Shown: piece after piece, positions 1-9,356 of the stretch
Position numbering within the stretch: position 1 is the stretch's first letter
How the letters are laid out: each line of letters begins with the position of its first letter
NCBI GenBank assembly: GCA_019358935.1
Contig: JAHHIK010000070.1
Span: 1-42,212 of the forward strand
DNA length: 42,212 nt
DNA from: Tolypothrix carrinoi HA7290-LM1
Lineage (GTDB): Bacteria > Cyanobacteriota > Cyanobacteriia > Cyanobacteriales > Nostocaceae
Direction: 5' to 3'
Notes under the pieces: generated by a model
What the model was told of the DNA's origin: nothing
The model's database searches: none
Seen by the model: only the letters and a program-made list of their open reading frames with translations
Program-made: the position numbers and the translations under genes

Positions 1-362
<362 letters not shown>

Positions 363-371
363 TCCTTGAAT

Positions 372-400
372 GTAGAGACGTGACGATGGAACGTCTCTAC
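372..400. repeat. REP-like GTAG-flanked palindrome
   Basis: GTAGAGACGT-9 nt-ACGTCTCTAC, a perfect 10-bp inverted repeat with GTAG/CTAC ends. Confidence 0.7.
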
Positions 401-403
401 GAT

Positions 404-441
404 TAAAAAGCGCCTCCTGGGAAACCGGGGGGCGCTTTTTA
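404..441. terminator. Bidirectional intrinsic terminator after psbA
   Basis: TAAAAAGCGCCTCCTGG-GAAA-CCGGGGGGCGCTTTTTA: GC stem flanked by A and T tracts, between convergent genes. Confidence 0.85.
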
Positions 442-496
442 GTTGGAATTAAAAACGAGAAAAGGCACTTTCCTCAAAACTGCGACCACTCTTTGC

Positions 497-670
497 TTAT
501 TGTTTAGTTTCGCCACTTAATTCAGGTTTTCGCGTTGCAGCACGGAGTTTTTCGAGTTCTTGTTCGATGATGGCTTTTCTACCATCATCAGTAGCGAGTT
601 TTAAAGCTGTGAGATAATTAGCCTCTGACTTGTCGTATTTTTTCTCTAGACTATAGAAATAACCCAAAAG
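497..670 (-). pseudogene. Start-less C-terminal remnant with a TPR-like repeat
   Basis: The +1 frame overlapping the end of ORF 651-1478 reads LLGYFYSLEKKYDKSEANYLTALKLATDDGRKAIIEQELEKLRAATRKPELSGETKQ*. Confidence 0.5.
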
Positions 671-1595
671 TGGCTTGTCGTTGGGCTTTTTGTGAATTCT
701 CTTGCGCTTGTTTCTCTTGCTGCAAAGCGATTTCTGTTCTCTGCTGCACCTGTGTTAGTTCCAATTCTTGACTAGCCACCAAAAACTGATAATCTTTATC
801 ACTCAAACTTCTCCCATTTGCCCACGTTAAGGCATTGCGTAAATCATCTCCATGCAACAACCGCTCACTATCACGTCCTGAAGCTTCCCAAGCTGCAAAT
901 GCTTCGGCATATGGTCGCATATTTTGTAGTTCCTTTTCTACCCAAGTGTTATCAAAAACTGACTGGTAGATGCGGTTGTAAACTCTTAATTTACCTGACT
1001 GCTTGATGACTAAGCTTGATAACCGTAATTTCATGATTTCTGGACTGTCATCAACAGCTAATTCCCCAGCTTGTAAAACTTTTTGATACATCCCTAGCGA
1101 CCAACAAGCGAGTTGCTCGTTGTTGAGAATGCGATCGCGTATTGTTTGTAAATGTTGTTGTTTATCCTGCGCTAACCAATTAGAGAGAATACGCGATCGC
1201 ACAATTGTAGCAACACAATCTGCCTCTACTCCATTCTCAATGCATGACAAAGAAGATACAAGCTGACAAACCCATTGCGTCAGAAACGGTTGCCCCCCCG
1301 TCCAAAGTAAAATTTCATGAAGCACTGCACGGGGATTGCTGGTGATACCAACAAATCCTTTTTCTAGGGGTGTTGCTTCATCCAATTGAAAACCAGTTAA
1401 TTCGATTGCTTCGCTTTCGATATTAAACGGTGTATGGTATGAATCTTCAATTAAATCAGCAGGAGTTGCTACCCCCAACAGTGCAAAAGTTAGACGGTTA
1501 TATTTTAGTTTATCAGCACGTTTGTTGTAACATCCGCGAATAAAGGCAAAAAAATCGTCTTTGAAACTTAAATTTAAAACGCTATCGATTTCATC
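651..1595 (-). pseudogene. AAA-like (AAA_35) protein fragment starting at Walker B; N-terminal part and Walker A missing
   Basis: Frame reads DEIDSVLNLSFKDDFFAFIRGCYNKR...LTFALLGVATPADLI...TPFNI...WTGGQPFLTQ...RLLHGDDLRNALTWANGRSLSDKDYQFL; an in-frame stop lies just upstream of DEID. Confidence 0.8.
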
Positions 1596-2859
1596 GGCTT
1601 TGCAGTTTTACCAACCCAAAATCATATAATTTTACTGCATCATCTAAATTTAAATTTGAATTAAATTCAACCGGACTATCTGCTAAAACTATTGTTTTAA
1701 ATGCTGATAAGAGTGGGAGATTTGCCTGTAAATAACGCCAGTGTCTTTCTAAATGATTCCGAAAAATCCCTGAAGCTGTGGGTGCTGATTGCAACAAAAT
1801 TTCTAAAGTCATTTCCTGGCGCGATACTACCTGTATCGCTTTTGTTGTTAGATAGGGATGTCCTCCTACCATTGCCATTAGTTGTTCAACTTGTGTATTT
1901 TTCCAGTTTAATTTATACTGCCGTGACAGAGATTCCACCTGTTCGCTAGTAAAATCTGTTAATTTAATTTCTGTCCCTGCATTAAACGGTGACTGATTGA
2001 TATTTAGCTGGGTATAAACTTGTGTGTGCAATATCAATAACCGCAATTGTCGCCATAGAGGTTTAGTTTTTGCGTCTTCGTGCCAAGTTCGCAGCATTCC
2101 CAAAAATTCTCCAGCGATTTCTCCATGTGCGAACAGTCTGTCTACCTCATCTAAAGCGATCGCAACGGCACTATCTCCTGGTAAAAGATACTTTTCAAAG
2201 TAAGTTCGGCATTTTATCTTACAATTACCCAAACTTTTGCGCCAGTGTTCTTCTACAGATTGTCCTAACTCTAATGTCTCGGCAATAATGGTGATAAACC
2301 ACTGCAAAAACTTATCTAAATTATTAAAATCTTCAACTTCTGCATCTCGTAAGTTTAAAACTACTGTGCGGTATCCTTGTTGTGCAGCGTGGTGCATTAC
2401 CCGTGACATTAACTCCGTTTTCCCAAACTGCAACGGTGCTTGAATTCGCAACAACACACCAGGTTTGCATATCTCTTCATAACAGCGATCGATGGGAGGA
2501 CGTTCAATATAAGGTTCAGAGTCAAATTCCATTGCTGACAATTGAATTTCTGGAATTATGACTGTAGTTTCGCTTTTATTGCCTTGTTTCTCCCACTGTC
2601 GTTGCAGCGCTTGACGAAAATTGGTCTTTTTAACTTCTTCCCCTAATGCTTCGGAAAGATTGTTCCATAATTTACCACCAATTTCACCAATATACTTAAC
2701 TGCTAAATGAGATTCGGAGGCGATCGCGTCATAAGTTTTACCATCCCATGCACCGCGCAGTACCTGTACCTCTGAAGAACCAAGATGCTTTTTCGTTACT
2801 TGAAAAATCAGAGCATCTACTAGGTTTTGTGTCTGCGTCCAGGTTAATTCTGATTTCAT
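1591..2859 (-). pseudogene. N-terminal HTH (vWA-MoxR-associated-like) plus AAA_35 protein, C-terminally truncated
   Basis: Likely start MKSELTW (ATG 2859). HTH region VLRGAWDGKTYDAIA...GGKLWNNLSEALGEEVKKTNF, Walker A-like APLQFGKT, Walker B ALDEVD, SPFNAG, GGHPYL. Ends abruptly at GLVKLQSR*. Confidence 0.8.
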
Positions 2860-2964
2860 AAATTTTAGTAACCCTAAACATATAGTAAGGGTGGGATAAA
2901 GAGCGCCCCTACGATATATCATTACCATTATTTTTGCTGACCTCAGGCGCAACTGTATAAATAC

Positions 2965-2989
2965 CCGGAAAAAACCGGATTTTTTCCGG
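2965..2989. promoter_or_regulatory. Candidate operator in the divergent intergenic region
   Basis: CCGGAAAAAA-CCGGA-TTTTTTCCGG: an inverted repeat with three CCGG motifs 10-11 bp apart. Confidence 0.4.
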
Positions 2990-3208
2990 AACTTTATTTA
3001 TTGCTCAGTTTTTCCAGTTTTCTGAGGGTGAATTGTTTAGTTAGTTGTAAATAAATAACTTGCTTTTTTCCTGCTGACTATTAAAAAACAATCGGTGATT
3101 ATAGGGACATGAAAGAGGCGAATCAATCAAACGCCATCTGCATCAGCAAGTCAAATTATAGATAGTTAGACTGCTACTGAACACAAAAACACGAAGGAGA
3201 AAATTTCT

Positions 3209-3640
3209 ATGGCAAGGCTTTTAGCAGGTACAGTTTCCATCAACGGCACAGATGATGAAAGCTGGCCTTTCGATCATGAAAAGGTTTCAGCAACACGCCC
3301 TGTAAATGGTGTGTTCCTTGATATTAATCAATCAGCGGTTGTCTTGGATATCCCACCTGTAAAGTGGGGAGGCGAGTGCCGTGTCGAAGTGCGAGTGACT
3401 GCTAGAGTTGTAGAAGGAGAACAAGTTCAAATTGAGGGGAATGTAAAACTCTTTGAAGGCATCGACGAGGAAACACAAGACTTAGAAGAGGAGAAAGTGG
3501 TTACTTTTCTTGTGCCGAGGACTACGCGAAGCCAACCTTTGCCTGCCCACTATAGTGTTCAATTGAGCAATGCCGGAATTGGAGGAGGAGATCACGCCGA
3601 GATTGACTTCTCATTCACAAACTCTATTGCTGAAGAATAA
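3209..3640 (+). CDS. Hypothetical acidic, beta-rich protein (143 aa)
   Basis: Strong RBS (GAAGGAG), ATG start, downstream terminator; no recognisable family. Confidence 0.8.
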   Translation: MARLLAGTVSINGTDDESWPFDHEKVSATRPVNGVFLDINQSAVVLDIPPVKWGGECRVEVRVTARVVEGEQVQIEGNVKLFEGIDEETQDLEEEKVVTFLVPRTTRSQPLPAHYSVQLSNAGIGGGDHAEIDFSFTNSIAEE

Positions 3641-3752
3641 TGTCTTTAGCGTAAGATTTTCCTAAATCGGCATAGTGACATCTGTCCCTTAATTTATGAA
3701 GGTTTGGTTACTCATTAAGAACCAAGTTTAAATTTTCGGTATTCACCGACTC

Positions 3753-3780
3753 AGCTCTCACCAAAATGGTGAGAGCTTTT
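3753..3780 (+). terminator. Intrinsic terminator
   Basis: AGCTCTCACCA-AAA-TGGTGAGAGCT followed by a T-rich tract. Confidence 0.8.
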
Positions 3781-3990
3781 ATTTTGTTTAAACCATGACT
3801 AGCAAATGGGACAAGTTAAATCTTCACAGGACAAGTTCCAACTTCATATTGTGGAGCTGAAGGTTCATTTCATCGACTGCAAGAGCGATCGCCCCGCTTT
3901 TATGTAAACTATTTGAACGATATATCCACCGAGCCTTATAGTAGTTTAAAGTTACGCCCATACATCGCAATATGACTGGAGAGCTAAACT

Positions 3991-4632
3991 TTGGGAATAG
4001 AACTACGCAGTTTTGTCTTTCTCGACAGCCTGCAACCTCAACACGCAGCATATATAGGAACGGTAGCCCAAGGTTTCTTGCCATTACCAGGAGATACATC
4101 GTTGTGGATTGAAATCTCTCCTGGTATTGAAATTAATAAAATTACCGATGTAGCCCTCAAATCGGCTTCTGTCCGTCCGGGAGTCCAAGTAGTCGAACGA
4201 CTATACGGCTTATTAGAAGTTCATTCTGCCTCTCAAGGGGAAACGCGAGCTGCTGGTCAAGCGATTTTGGCGATGTTGGGAGTTAAAAAAGAAGAGTGTC
4301 TCAAACCGCGTGTTGTTTCTACCCAGATTATCCGCAATATTGATGCTTATCAAACACAACTTATCAATCGCACGCGACGCGGACAGTTACTATTAGCGGG
4401 ACAAACGCTGTATGTTTTAGAAGTTGAGCCTGCTGCTTACGCTGCACTTGCCGCAAATGAAGCTGAGAAAGCAGCATCGATTAATATTCTTGAAGTGCAA
4501 GCTGTAGGAAGCTTTGGACGGCTTTATTTAGGTGGACATGAACGGGATATTCTCGCAGGTGCAGCAGGAGCCTTAGCAGCGATTGAAAGTGTCGCTGGTC
4601 GAGCAAATCTTCAGGGTGGGCGTCAGGAGTAA
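3991..4632 (+). CDS. ccmP: Carboxysome shell protein CcmP (tandem BMC domain)
   Basis: [35 protein letters not shown]...[11 protein letters not shown]...AANEAEKAA...[10 protein letters not shown]; 213 aa, TTG start. Confidence 0.93.
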   Translation: MGIELRSFVFLDSLQPQHAAYIGTVAQGFLPLPGDTSLWIEISPGIEINKITDVALKSASVRPGVQVVERLYGLLEVHSASQGETRAAGQAILAMLGVKKEECLKPRVVSTQIIRNIDAYQTQLINRTRRGQLLLAGQTLYVLEVEPAAYAALAANEAEKAASINILEVQAVGSFGRLYLGGHERDILAGAAGALAAIESVAGRANLQGGRQE

Positions 4633-4642
4633 AGTAAATATC

Positions 4643-5434
4643 ATGGCAAATCGAGAGCATCTAGCTTTACTCAAAGCAGGTGCAGTCACATGGATCGAGT
4701 GGAGAAAGAAAAATCCCCAAATTGAACCAGACCTGAGCGCTGCGAATCTGCAAGGGTATAATCTCAGAGGCGCGAACCTCCAAGGGGTAAACTTGATCCG
4801 GGTGGATTTGAGTAATGCTTTACTCGTGCGAGCAAACCTCAGTGGTGCTAACTTGAGCGGTGCTAACCTTTATAAAGCAAATTTGATTGAAGCTAACTTG
4901 AGTGAAGCTAACTTGAGTGTTGCTAACTTGAGCGGTGCTACACTGACACAGGCAGATTTGAGTTATGCCAATTTGATTGGAGCGTCTTTGAGTGAGGCAA
5001 ATCTGAAAGACGCTGCGATCGCTTATGCTAACTTAATTGGCACTGACTTGAGCAAAGCTAATTTGAAAGGTGCTGATTTGGCTTGTGCAAAACTTTGTCG
5101 GGCTAACCTGTCTTTTGCTAATCTAATGGAAGCTAACTTGAGTGAAGCTGACTTAGCAAGAGCGAATTTATATGAAGCGGAAGTAATCGGGGCTTATCTT
5201 TATAAAACTGATTTGTACAAAGCTAATTTAAGTTATGCTCATTTGGGTGGTGCATATCTGAGCAAGGCTAACTTGAGTGAAGCTGACTTGAGCAAAGCTA
5301 ACTTGAGATGGACTAACTTGAATGGTGCGAATTTGGCAGGGGCTAACCTGAAAGGCGCTAACTTCACCGGCGCTAAAATTAGAGGGGCTAACTTCGCCGG
5401 CGCGAATCTTCAGGAAACCATTATACCTGATTGA
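4643..5434 (+). CDS. Pentapeptide repeat protein
   Basis: MANREHLALLKAGAVTWIEWRKKNPQIEPDL leader followed by long A(N/D)LxX repeats; ATG 10 bp after the ccmP stop. Confidence 0.93.
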   Translation: MANREHLALLKAGAVTWIEWRKKNPQIEPDLSAANLQGYNLRGANLQGVNLIRVDLSNALLVRANLSGANLSGANLYKANLIEANLSEANLSVANLSGATLTQADLSYANLIGASLSEANLKDAAIAYANLIGTDLSKANLKGADLACAKLCRANLSFANLMEANLSEADLARANLYEAEVIGAYLYKTDLYKANLSYAHLGGAYLSKANLSEADLSKANLRWTNLNGANLAGANLKGANFTGAKIRGANFAGANLQETIIPD

Positions 5435-5456
5435 AAGCAGAATTAGATAGATTAAG

Positions 5457-5725
5457 TTAGGACTTATGCAGTTTTTCACGGACGGGACGTAGACGCAAAG
5501 CGGCTTGCCGCAGGCTACCGCTCCAGAACGCAGAGAAGCCAGTGCGTTGCGGAGCCAGTGCTGTGCGGTGAGTCCACTCGGCGGTGTCGGTTTCCGTCCC
5601 GTCGAAGTGGCGAACCCGAAGGGAGGTTCCCTCCGTTGAGGCACAGCCGCGTTGGGGTTCCCCCCGTTGTAGCACCTGGCGCGACACAGAGGAATAAGAG
5701 TTGGAGAGGTATTTTGCGTAGGTTC
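5457..5725. mobile_element. MITE-like element with nested short dispersed repeats
   Basis: Ends TTAGGACTTATGCA and TGCGTAGGTTC form an imperfect inverted pair. Contains duplicated AGCCAGTGC..GCGG, GAACCCGAAGGG and GGGTTCCCCCCGTTGTAGCACCTGGCG motifs. The right end recurs inverted at 20243-20286. Confidence 0.6.
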
Positions 5726-5733
5726 GCTGCGGA

Positions 5734-7335
5734 TTATCGTACATATTTAATACAATTGCGTCCATATGCTTTGGCGGCATACAATGCTTTATCGGCAAGT
5801 TGCAAGAGCTCATCGCTGGTTTTTCCCTGTTCGGGAAATACGCAAACCCCACCCGAAACCGTCGTATTTATTTCCCTGTCTGCAAATTTAACTCGCGCAG
5901 CTTGAAAGGATAACCGGATTTGTTCAGCACGTTGATAGGCATTATTTAGTGTCATACCGGGCAAAGCTAATACAAACTCTTCCCCGCCATACCGACACGC
6001 GATGTCGCTGGAGCGGCTGTATTGGCGCAGCAGGTCTGCAAATACTTGTAACACGCGATCGCCTGCCTGATGCCCAAATGTATCGTTAATCTTTTTAAAG
6101 TAATCAATATCCATTAAAATCACGGCAACTGCATAAGACTCTTGTGCTGCCCTTACCAGTTCTCTTTGGAGTGAGGAGTCAAAATAACGCCGATTGAACA
6201 AGCCAGTAAGTCCGTCCTGCATTGCCTGTTCTCGTAGTTGAGCCTGTAAAGTCTCAATTTCCAGCACCTGAAGACGCAAACGTTCGTTAGCCTGCCGAAG
6301 TTCAACCTCAACCTGATAACGTTGAGTAATGTCACGCAAAATAAGCAGATGTCCTGTTAACTGCTTGCGGCGATCGCGTAATGGCGTAATTTGTAGCTCC
6401 AGATAACGAAGTGTTGCCGAATCGATTAATATCTCTGTCTTGACGCATTCATATTCGTGGTATGTGATGTTATATTGCCATTTTGACAGAACTTGCTCCG
6501 CAGATTGTCCAATAAGGTCTGCTGTAGTCCCAATCAGATTTTGTGCCGCAGGATTAATGTCAAGAATGCGGTTTTGCACATCCAATACAAGCACACCATC
6601 ACTCATTCTGTCAATCAAAATGTCCCGCGCTACCGGAACAAGGTCAAACATGCGGAAGCGAAAGATGTTAACAGCACAGATCAGTCCGGTCAGCATGAAG
6701 CTCATCGGGGTGATGTTCAAACCGGGGGGAGTAAGGCGTAGCATATAAGCACTAGCCCCAAGCAGTGGTATCAACGCACCAGCTAATACCATGCAAGACT
6801 GGTGGCTATACAGAACAGAGGGCAGCAAAGCTCTTTTGGTAAGCAGCAGTACGCCTGCAAGTGTGTAAACATAAATACACCCCATCACCCAAAAAAAGCC
6901 GATACCATGTTGGTAAATCACAATATTACTTTGATGAGGATCGGGCAAAAAGCCATGCCAAATCAGATTATGCCATTCGTTGGTCGCAACCATTGCCACA
7001 TTCAAGGCGGGAATAATCCATAGCAACGCTGTATTCCGAGATGTCAGCCACCGTCTTTTGTTCGTGAAGTGCATCGCGAATATTAAGAAAAGCGTAATTA
7101 CACTATTCGATGCGACGTACTCTAACTTTGACCAAAATATTTTATCCCCAAGAGCGATCGCACCTGCTTCCATCGCCGCAACCGTAGCATAAAGCGCGAT
7201 CGCCAGCATCATCAAAATAAACGGTTTGCTAACAGAAGAAGTTTTGCGACGTAGCCAAGCAGCAAAAGCAACAATAGCTGAAATAATTGCAGTTAAACTA
7301 AGAAAGACAAAGTAGAGGTTGTACTGAAAAAGCAT
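5734..7335 (-). CDS. Membrane diguanylate cyclase (HisKA_7TM-type N-terminus, PAS, GGDEF)
   Basis: About 7 hydrophobic segments, PAS-like DGVLVLDVQNRILDINPAA, DGLTGLFNRRYF, DIDYFKKINDTFGHQAGD, RSSD I-site and RYGGEEF. Confidence 0.93.
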   Translation of the reverse strand: MLFQYNLYFVFLSLTAIISAIVAFAAWLRRKTSSVSKPFILMMLAIALYATVAAMEAGAIALGDKIFWSKLEYVASNSVITLFLIFAMHFTNKRRWLTSRNTALLWIIPALNVAMVATNEWHNLIWHGFLPDPHQSNIVIYQHGIGFFWVMGCIYVYTLAGVLLLTKRALLPSVLYSHQSCMVLAGALIPLLGASAYMLRLTPPGLNITPMSFMLTGLICAVNIFRFRMFDLVPVARDILIDRMSDGVLVLDVQNRILDINPAAQNLIGTTADLIGQSAEQVLSKWQYNITYHEYECVKTEILIDSATLRYLELQITPLRDRRKQLTGHLLILRDITQRYQVEVELRQANERLRLQVLEIETLQAQLREQAMQDGLTGLFNRRYFDSSLQRELVRAAQESYAVAVILMDIDYFKKINDTFGHQAGDRVLQVFADLLRQYSRSSDIACRYGGEEFVLALPGMTLNNAYQRAEQIRLSFQAARVKFADREINTTVSGGVCVFPEQGKTSDELLQLADKALYAAKAYGRNCIKYVR

Positions 7336-7350
7336 GATGCACTATTCAAG

Positions 7351-7379
7351 AACTCATCTCAAAGAATGTGAGATGAGTT
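7351..7379. repeat. Perfect 11-bp inverted repeat just upstream of the cyclase start
   Basis: AACTCATCTCA-AAGAATG-TGAGATGAGTT. Confidence 0.6.
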
Positions 7380-7528
7380 TGACCTATATCATTAGAATGC
7401 CCCAAACTGCATCAGTTTTCCTTGCTGAAGATATATTTCTCAAGCGATCGCTTATTCTTAACCAAATACGTCGAATTTGAGTCAAATGACCAATCCAAAA
7501 TCCTGAAAAATGTCATTATTATAGTAAT

Positions 7529-7542
7529 AGTACGAACATACT
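7529..7542. promoter_or_regulatory. Candidate cyanobacterial LexA box upstream of recR
   Basis: AGTACGAACATACT, a near-palindrome resembling RGTAC-N3-DGTWCB, directly before the GGAG RBS. Confidence 0.4.
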
Positions 7543-7554
7543 GGAGATAAGACA

Positions 7555-8151
7555 ACGGTTTACGCACGTCCTTTAGCACGGTTAATTGAGCAACTGCAAC
7601 GCTTGCCAGGAGTCGGTCCCAAAACTGCCCAACGTCTAGCGCTGCACATCTTGAAGCGTCCAGAATCAGAAGTAGAAGATTTAGCACAAGCTTTAATTGA
7701 AGCAAAAAAAAAGATAGGCTTGTGTTCTGTCTGCTTTCACCTTTCTTCTGAACCTGTTTGTGAAATTTGCCGCAACTCTAACCGCGACAACACCACTATC
7801 TGTGTAGTAGCGGATTCTCGCGATGTGATTGCACTAGAAAAAACCCGCGAGTTCAAAGGCAAGTATCACGTCTTGGGTGGAGTAATTTCTCCCATAGATG
7901 GAATTGGTCCAGAACAATTAACTTTGCAAGCTTTGGTGCGACGGGTAAGTAAAGAACAGCCCAAAGAAGTTATTCTGGCAATTAGTCCCAGTGTCGAAGG
8001 AGAAACGACGACACTATATATTGGTCAATTAATCAAGCCATTTACCAAAGTGACGCGGATTGCTTTTGGTTTGCCTGTGGGTGGCGATTTAGAATACGCT
8101 GATGAGGTGACGCTGGCAAGAGCTTTAGAAGGACGCCGGGAGTTGGATTAG
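7555..8151 (+). CDS. recR: Recombination mediator RecR; probable non-canonical (ACG or GTT) start
   Basis: [28 protein letters not shown]hH motif, CSVC...CEIC zinc finger, [31 protein letters not shown]. Confidence 0.95.
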   Translation, partial: TVYARPLARLIEQLQRLPGVGPKTAQRLALHILKRPESEVEDLAQALIEAKKKIGLCSVCFHLSSEPVCEICRNSNRDNTTICVVADSRDVIALEKTREFKGKYHVLGGVISPIDGIGPEQLTLQALVRRVSKEQPKEVILAISPSVEGETTTLYIGQLIKPFTKVTRIAFGLPVGGDLEYADEVTLARALEGRRELD

Positions 8152-8184
8152 TTGTTGGTTAATAGTTTATTATGTAACTTTGTC

Positions 8185-8200
8185 ATTAGCCACCTAATTA
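8185..8200. promoter_or_regulatory. Candidate MarR operator, copy 1
   Basis: ATTAGCCACCTAATTA (TTAG-N4-CTAA), nearly identical to 8764-8779. Confidence 0.6.
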
Positions 8201-8215
8201 AGGTTCTCGAAGACA

Positions 8216-8725
8216 GTGGTAACACTACATTCTTTCGTCGATCGCCAAACTTTACAAAATCTTGCCAACTCCTATCCTGAATTAGATATCGCTTCTGTAG
8301 AGACTTGTTTAGCGTTTCTCAACACCACGGCTGATGTATATGCAGCTTTAGACGCTCATTTTGCCCGATATAATCTTTCAATGGGGAAATTCACGCTGTT
8401 AATGCAGTTGCTTCAAGCTGATAAACAAGAATTAACACCATCGGAATGTGCTGAACGTACAGGTGTGACTAGAGCTACTGTCACCGGACTGCTTGACGGA
8501 TTAGAACGAGATAAATTAATCATACGTCAGCCTTGCCCGGCAGATAGGCGGATGTTAAGTGTGCAATTAACTGATAAAGGCAGGGAGTTACTTTCTCAAA
8601 TGCTTCCTGACCACTTTTGCCGTACCACAAATTTAATGGCTCATCTGACTGAAGCTGAAAAAAAGACTTTAATTAAACTGCTAGCTAAGGTAAAGGCTGG
8701 AACTCCGGCAATGTTTGACCTGTAA
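8216..8725 (+). CDS. MarR family transcriptional regulator
   Basis: LTPSECAERTGVTRATVTGLLDGLERDKLI...DRRMLSVQLTDKG winged HTH. Confidence 0.93.
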   Translation: MVTLHSFVDRQTLQNLANSYPELDIASVETCLAFLNTTADVYAALDAHFARYNLSMGKFTLLMQLLQADKQELTPSECAERTGVTRATVTGLLDGLERDKLIIRQPCPADRRMLSVQLTDKGRELLSQMLPDHFCRTTNLMAHLTEAEKKTLIKLLAKVKAGTPAMFDL

Positions 8726-8763
8726 AATCTGTTGTGGAAAAATCAGACTTATTGTAAATTTTA

Positions 8764-8791
8764 ATTAGCCGCCTAACTATAAGGTGACTAA
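8764..8791. promoter_or_regulatory. Candidate MarR operator, copy 2 plus an inverted second site
   Basis: ATTAGCCGCCTAACTA followed by AAGGTGACTAA (reverse complement TTAGTCACCTT). Confidence 0.6.
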
Positions 8792-8809
8792 TAACTAAGG
8801 TAAAGCCTG

Positions 8810-9352
8810 ATGAAGAAGCTAAATGTCAAGCAGAAAAACTGGTTGTTATCCTTCCATGTTGCCTTTGGAGGAATTTGGTTTGGAACTGCTTTGTGTATGG
8901 TTGTTATTGCTTGGAGTAACCGCAACACTCCTAACGGGGACTCCTTATATGCAATAAATTCGATTCTTAAACGACTAGATGACTTTGTAATTATTCCCTC
9001 TGCTAATTTATCGCTCTTAACAGGTGGGTTGCTTTGCTGGCTGACGATTTGGGGATTTTTCAAACATTATTGGGTGATTGTTAAGTGGGTAGCAACGGTA
9101 ACACTGATTATCGTCGGTACTATTTGGCTGGGTCCGTGGGTAAACGCTGTAACTGCGATTTCGCAAACCGACAGATTACAAGCGCTGCAAAATCCGCTGT
9201 ATATATTTGACCAAAAGGGAGTGATTATAGGTGGGATTATTCAGACTTTTTGTGTTTTAGCGATCGTTGCTATTTCAGTTCTCAAGCCTTGGGGTAGGCG
9301 CAATTTGAAGAAAGAGCAGAAAGAAAGCGATAAATCGCTTACTACGAGCTAA
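8810..9352 (+). CDS. DUF2269-like integral membrane protein
   Basis: Four TM segments; H..FGGIWFG, LLTGGLL...WGFFKHYWVIVKW and ISVLKPWG motifs. Confidence 0.75.
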   Translation: MKKLNVKQKNWLLSFHVAFGGIWFGTALCMVVIAWSNRNTPNGDSLYAINSILKRLDDFVIIPSANLSLLTGGLLCWLTIWGFFKHYWVIVKWVATVTLIIVGTIWLGPWVNAVTAISQTDRLQALQNPLYIFDQKGVIIGGIIQTFCVLAIVAISVLKPWGRRNLKKEQKESDKSLTTS

Positions 9353-9356
9353 AGTT

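Noticed and set aside
1585..1600. Programmed +1 frameshift joining the two AAA_35 ORFs
   Set aside because: A shift would still give a second domain lacking Walker A and its N-terminal part; deletion explains the junction better.
3991..5434. Novel microcompartment locus
   Set aside because: Only the stand-alone ccmP is present, which is the usual satellite arrangement for beta-carboxysomes; no other shell or cargo genes.
5228..5905. ORFs 5228-5644, 5457-5852 and 5558-5905
   Set aside because: They are translations of repeat DNA or antisense to real genes.
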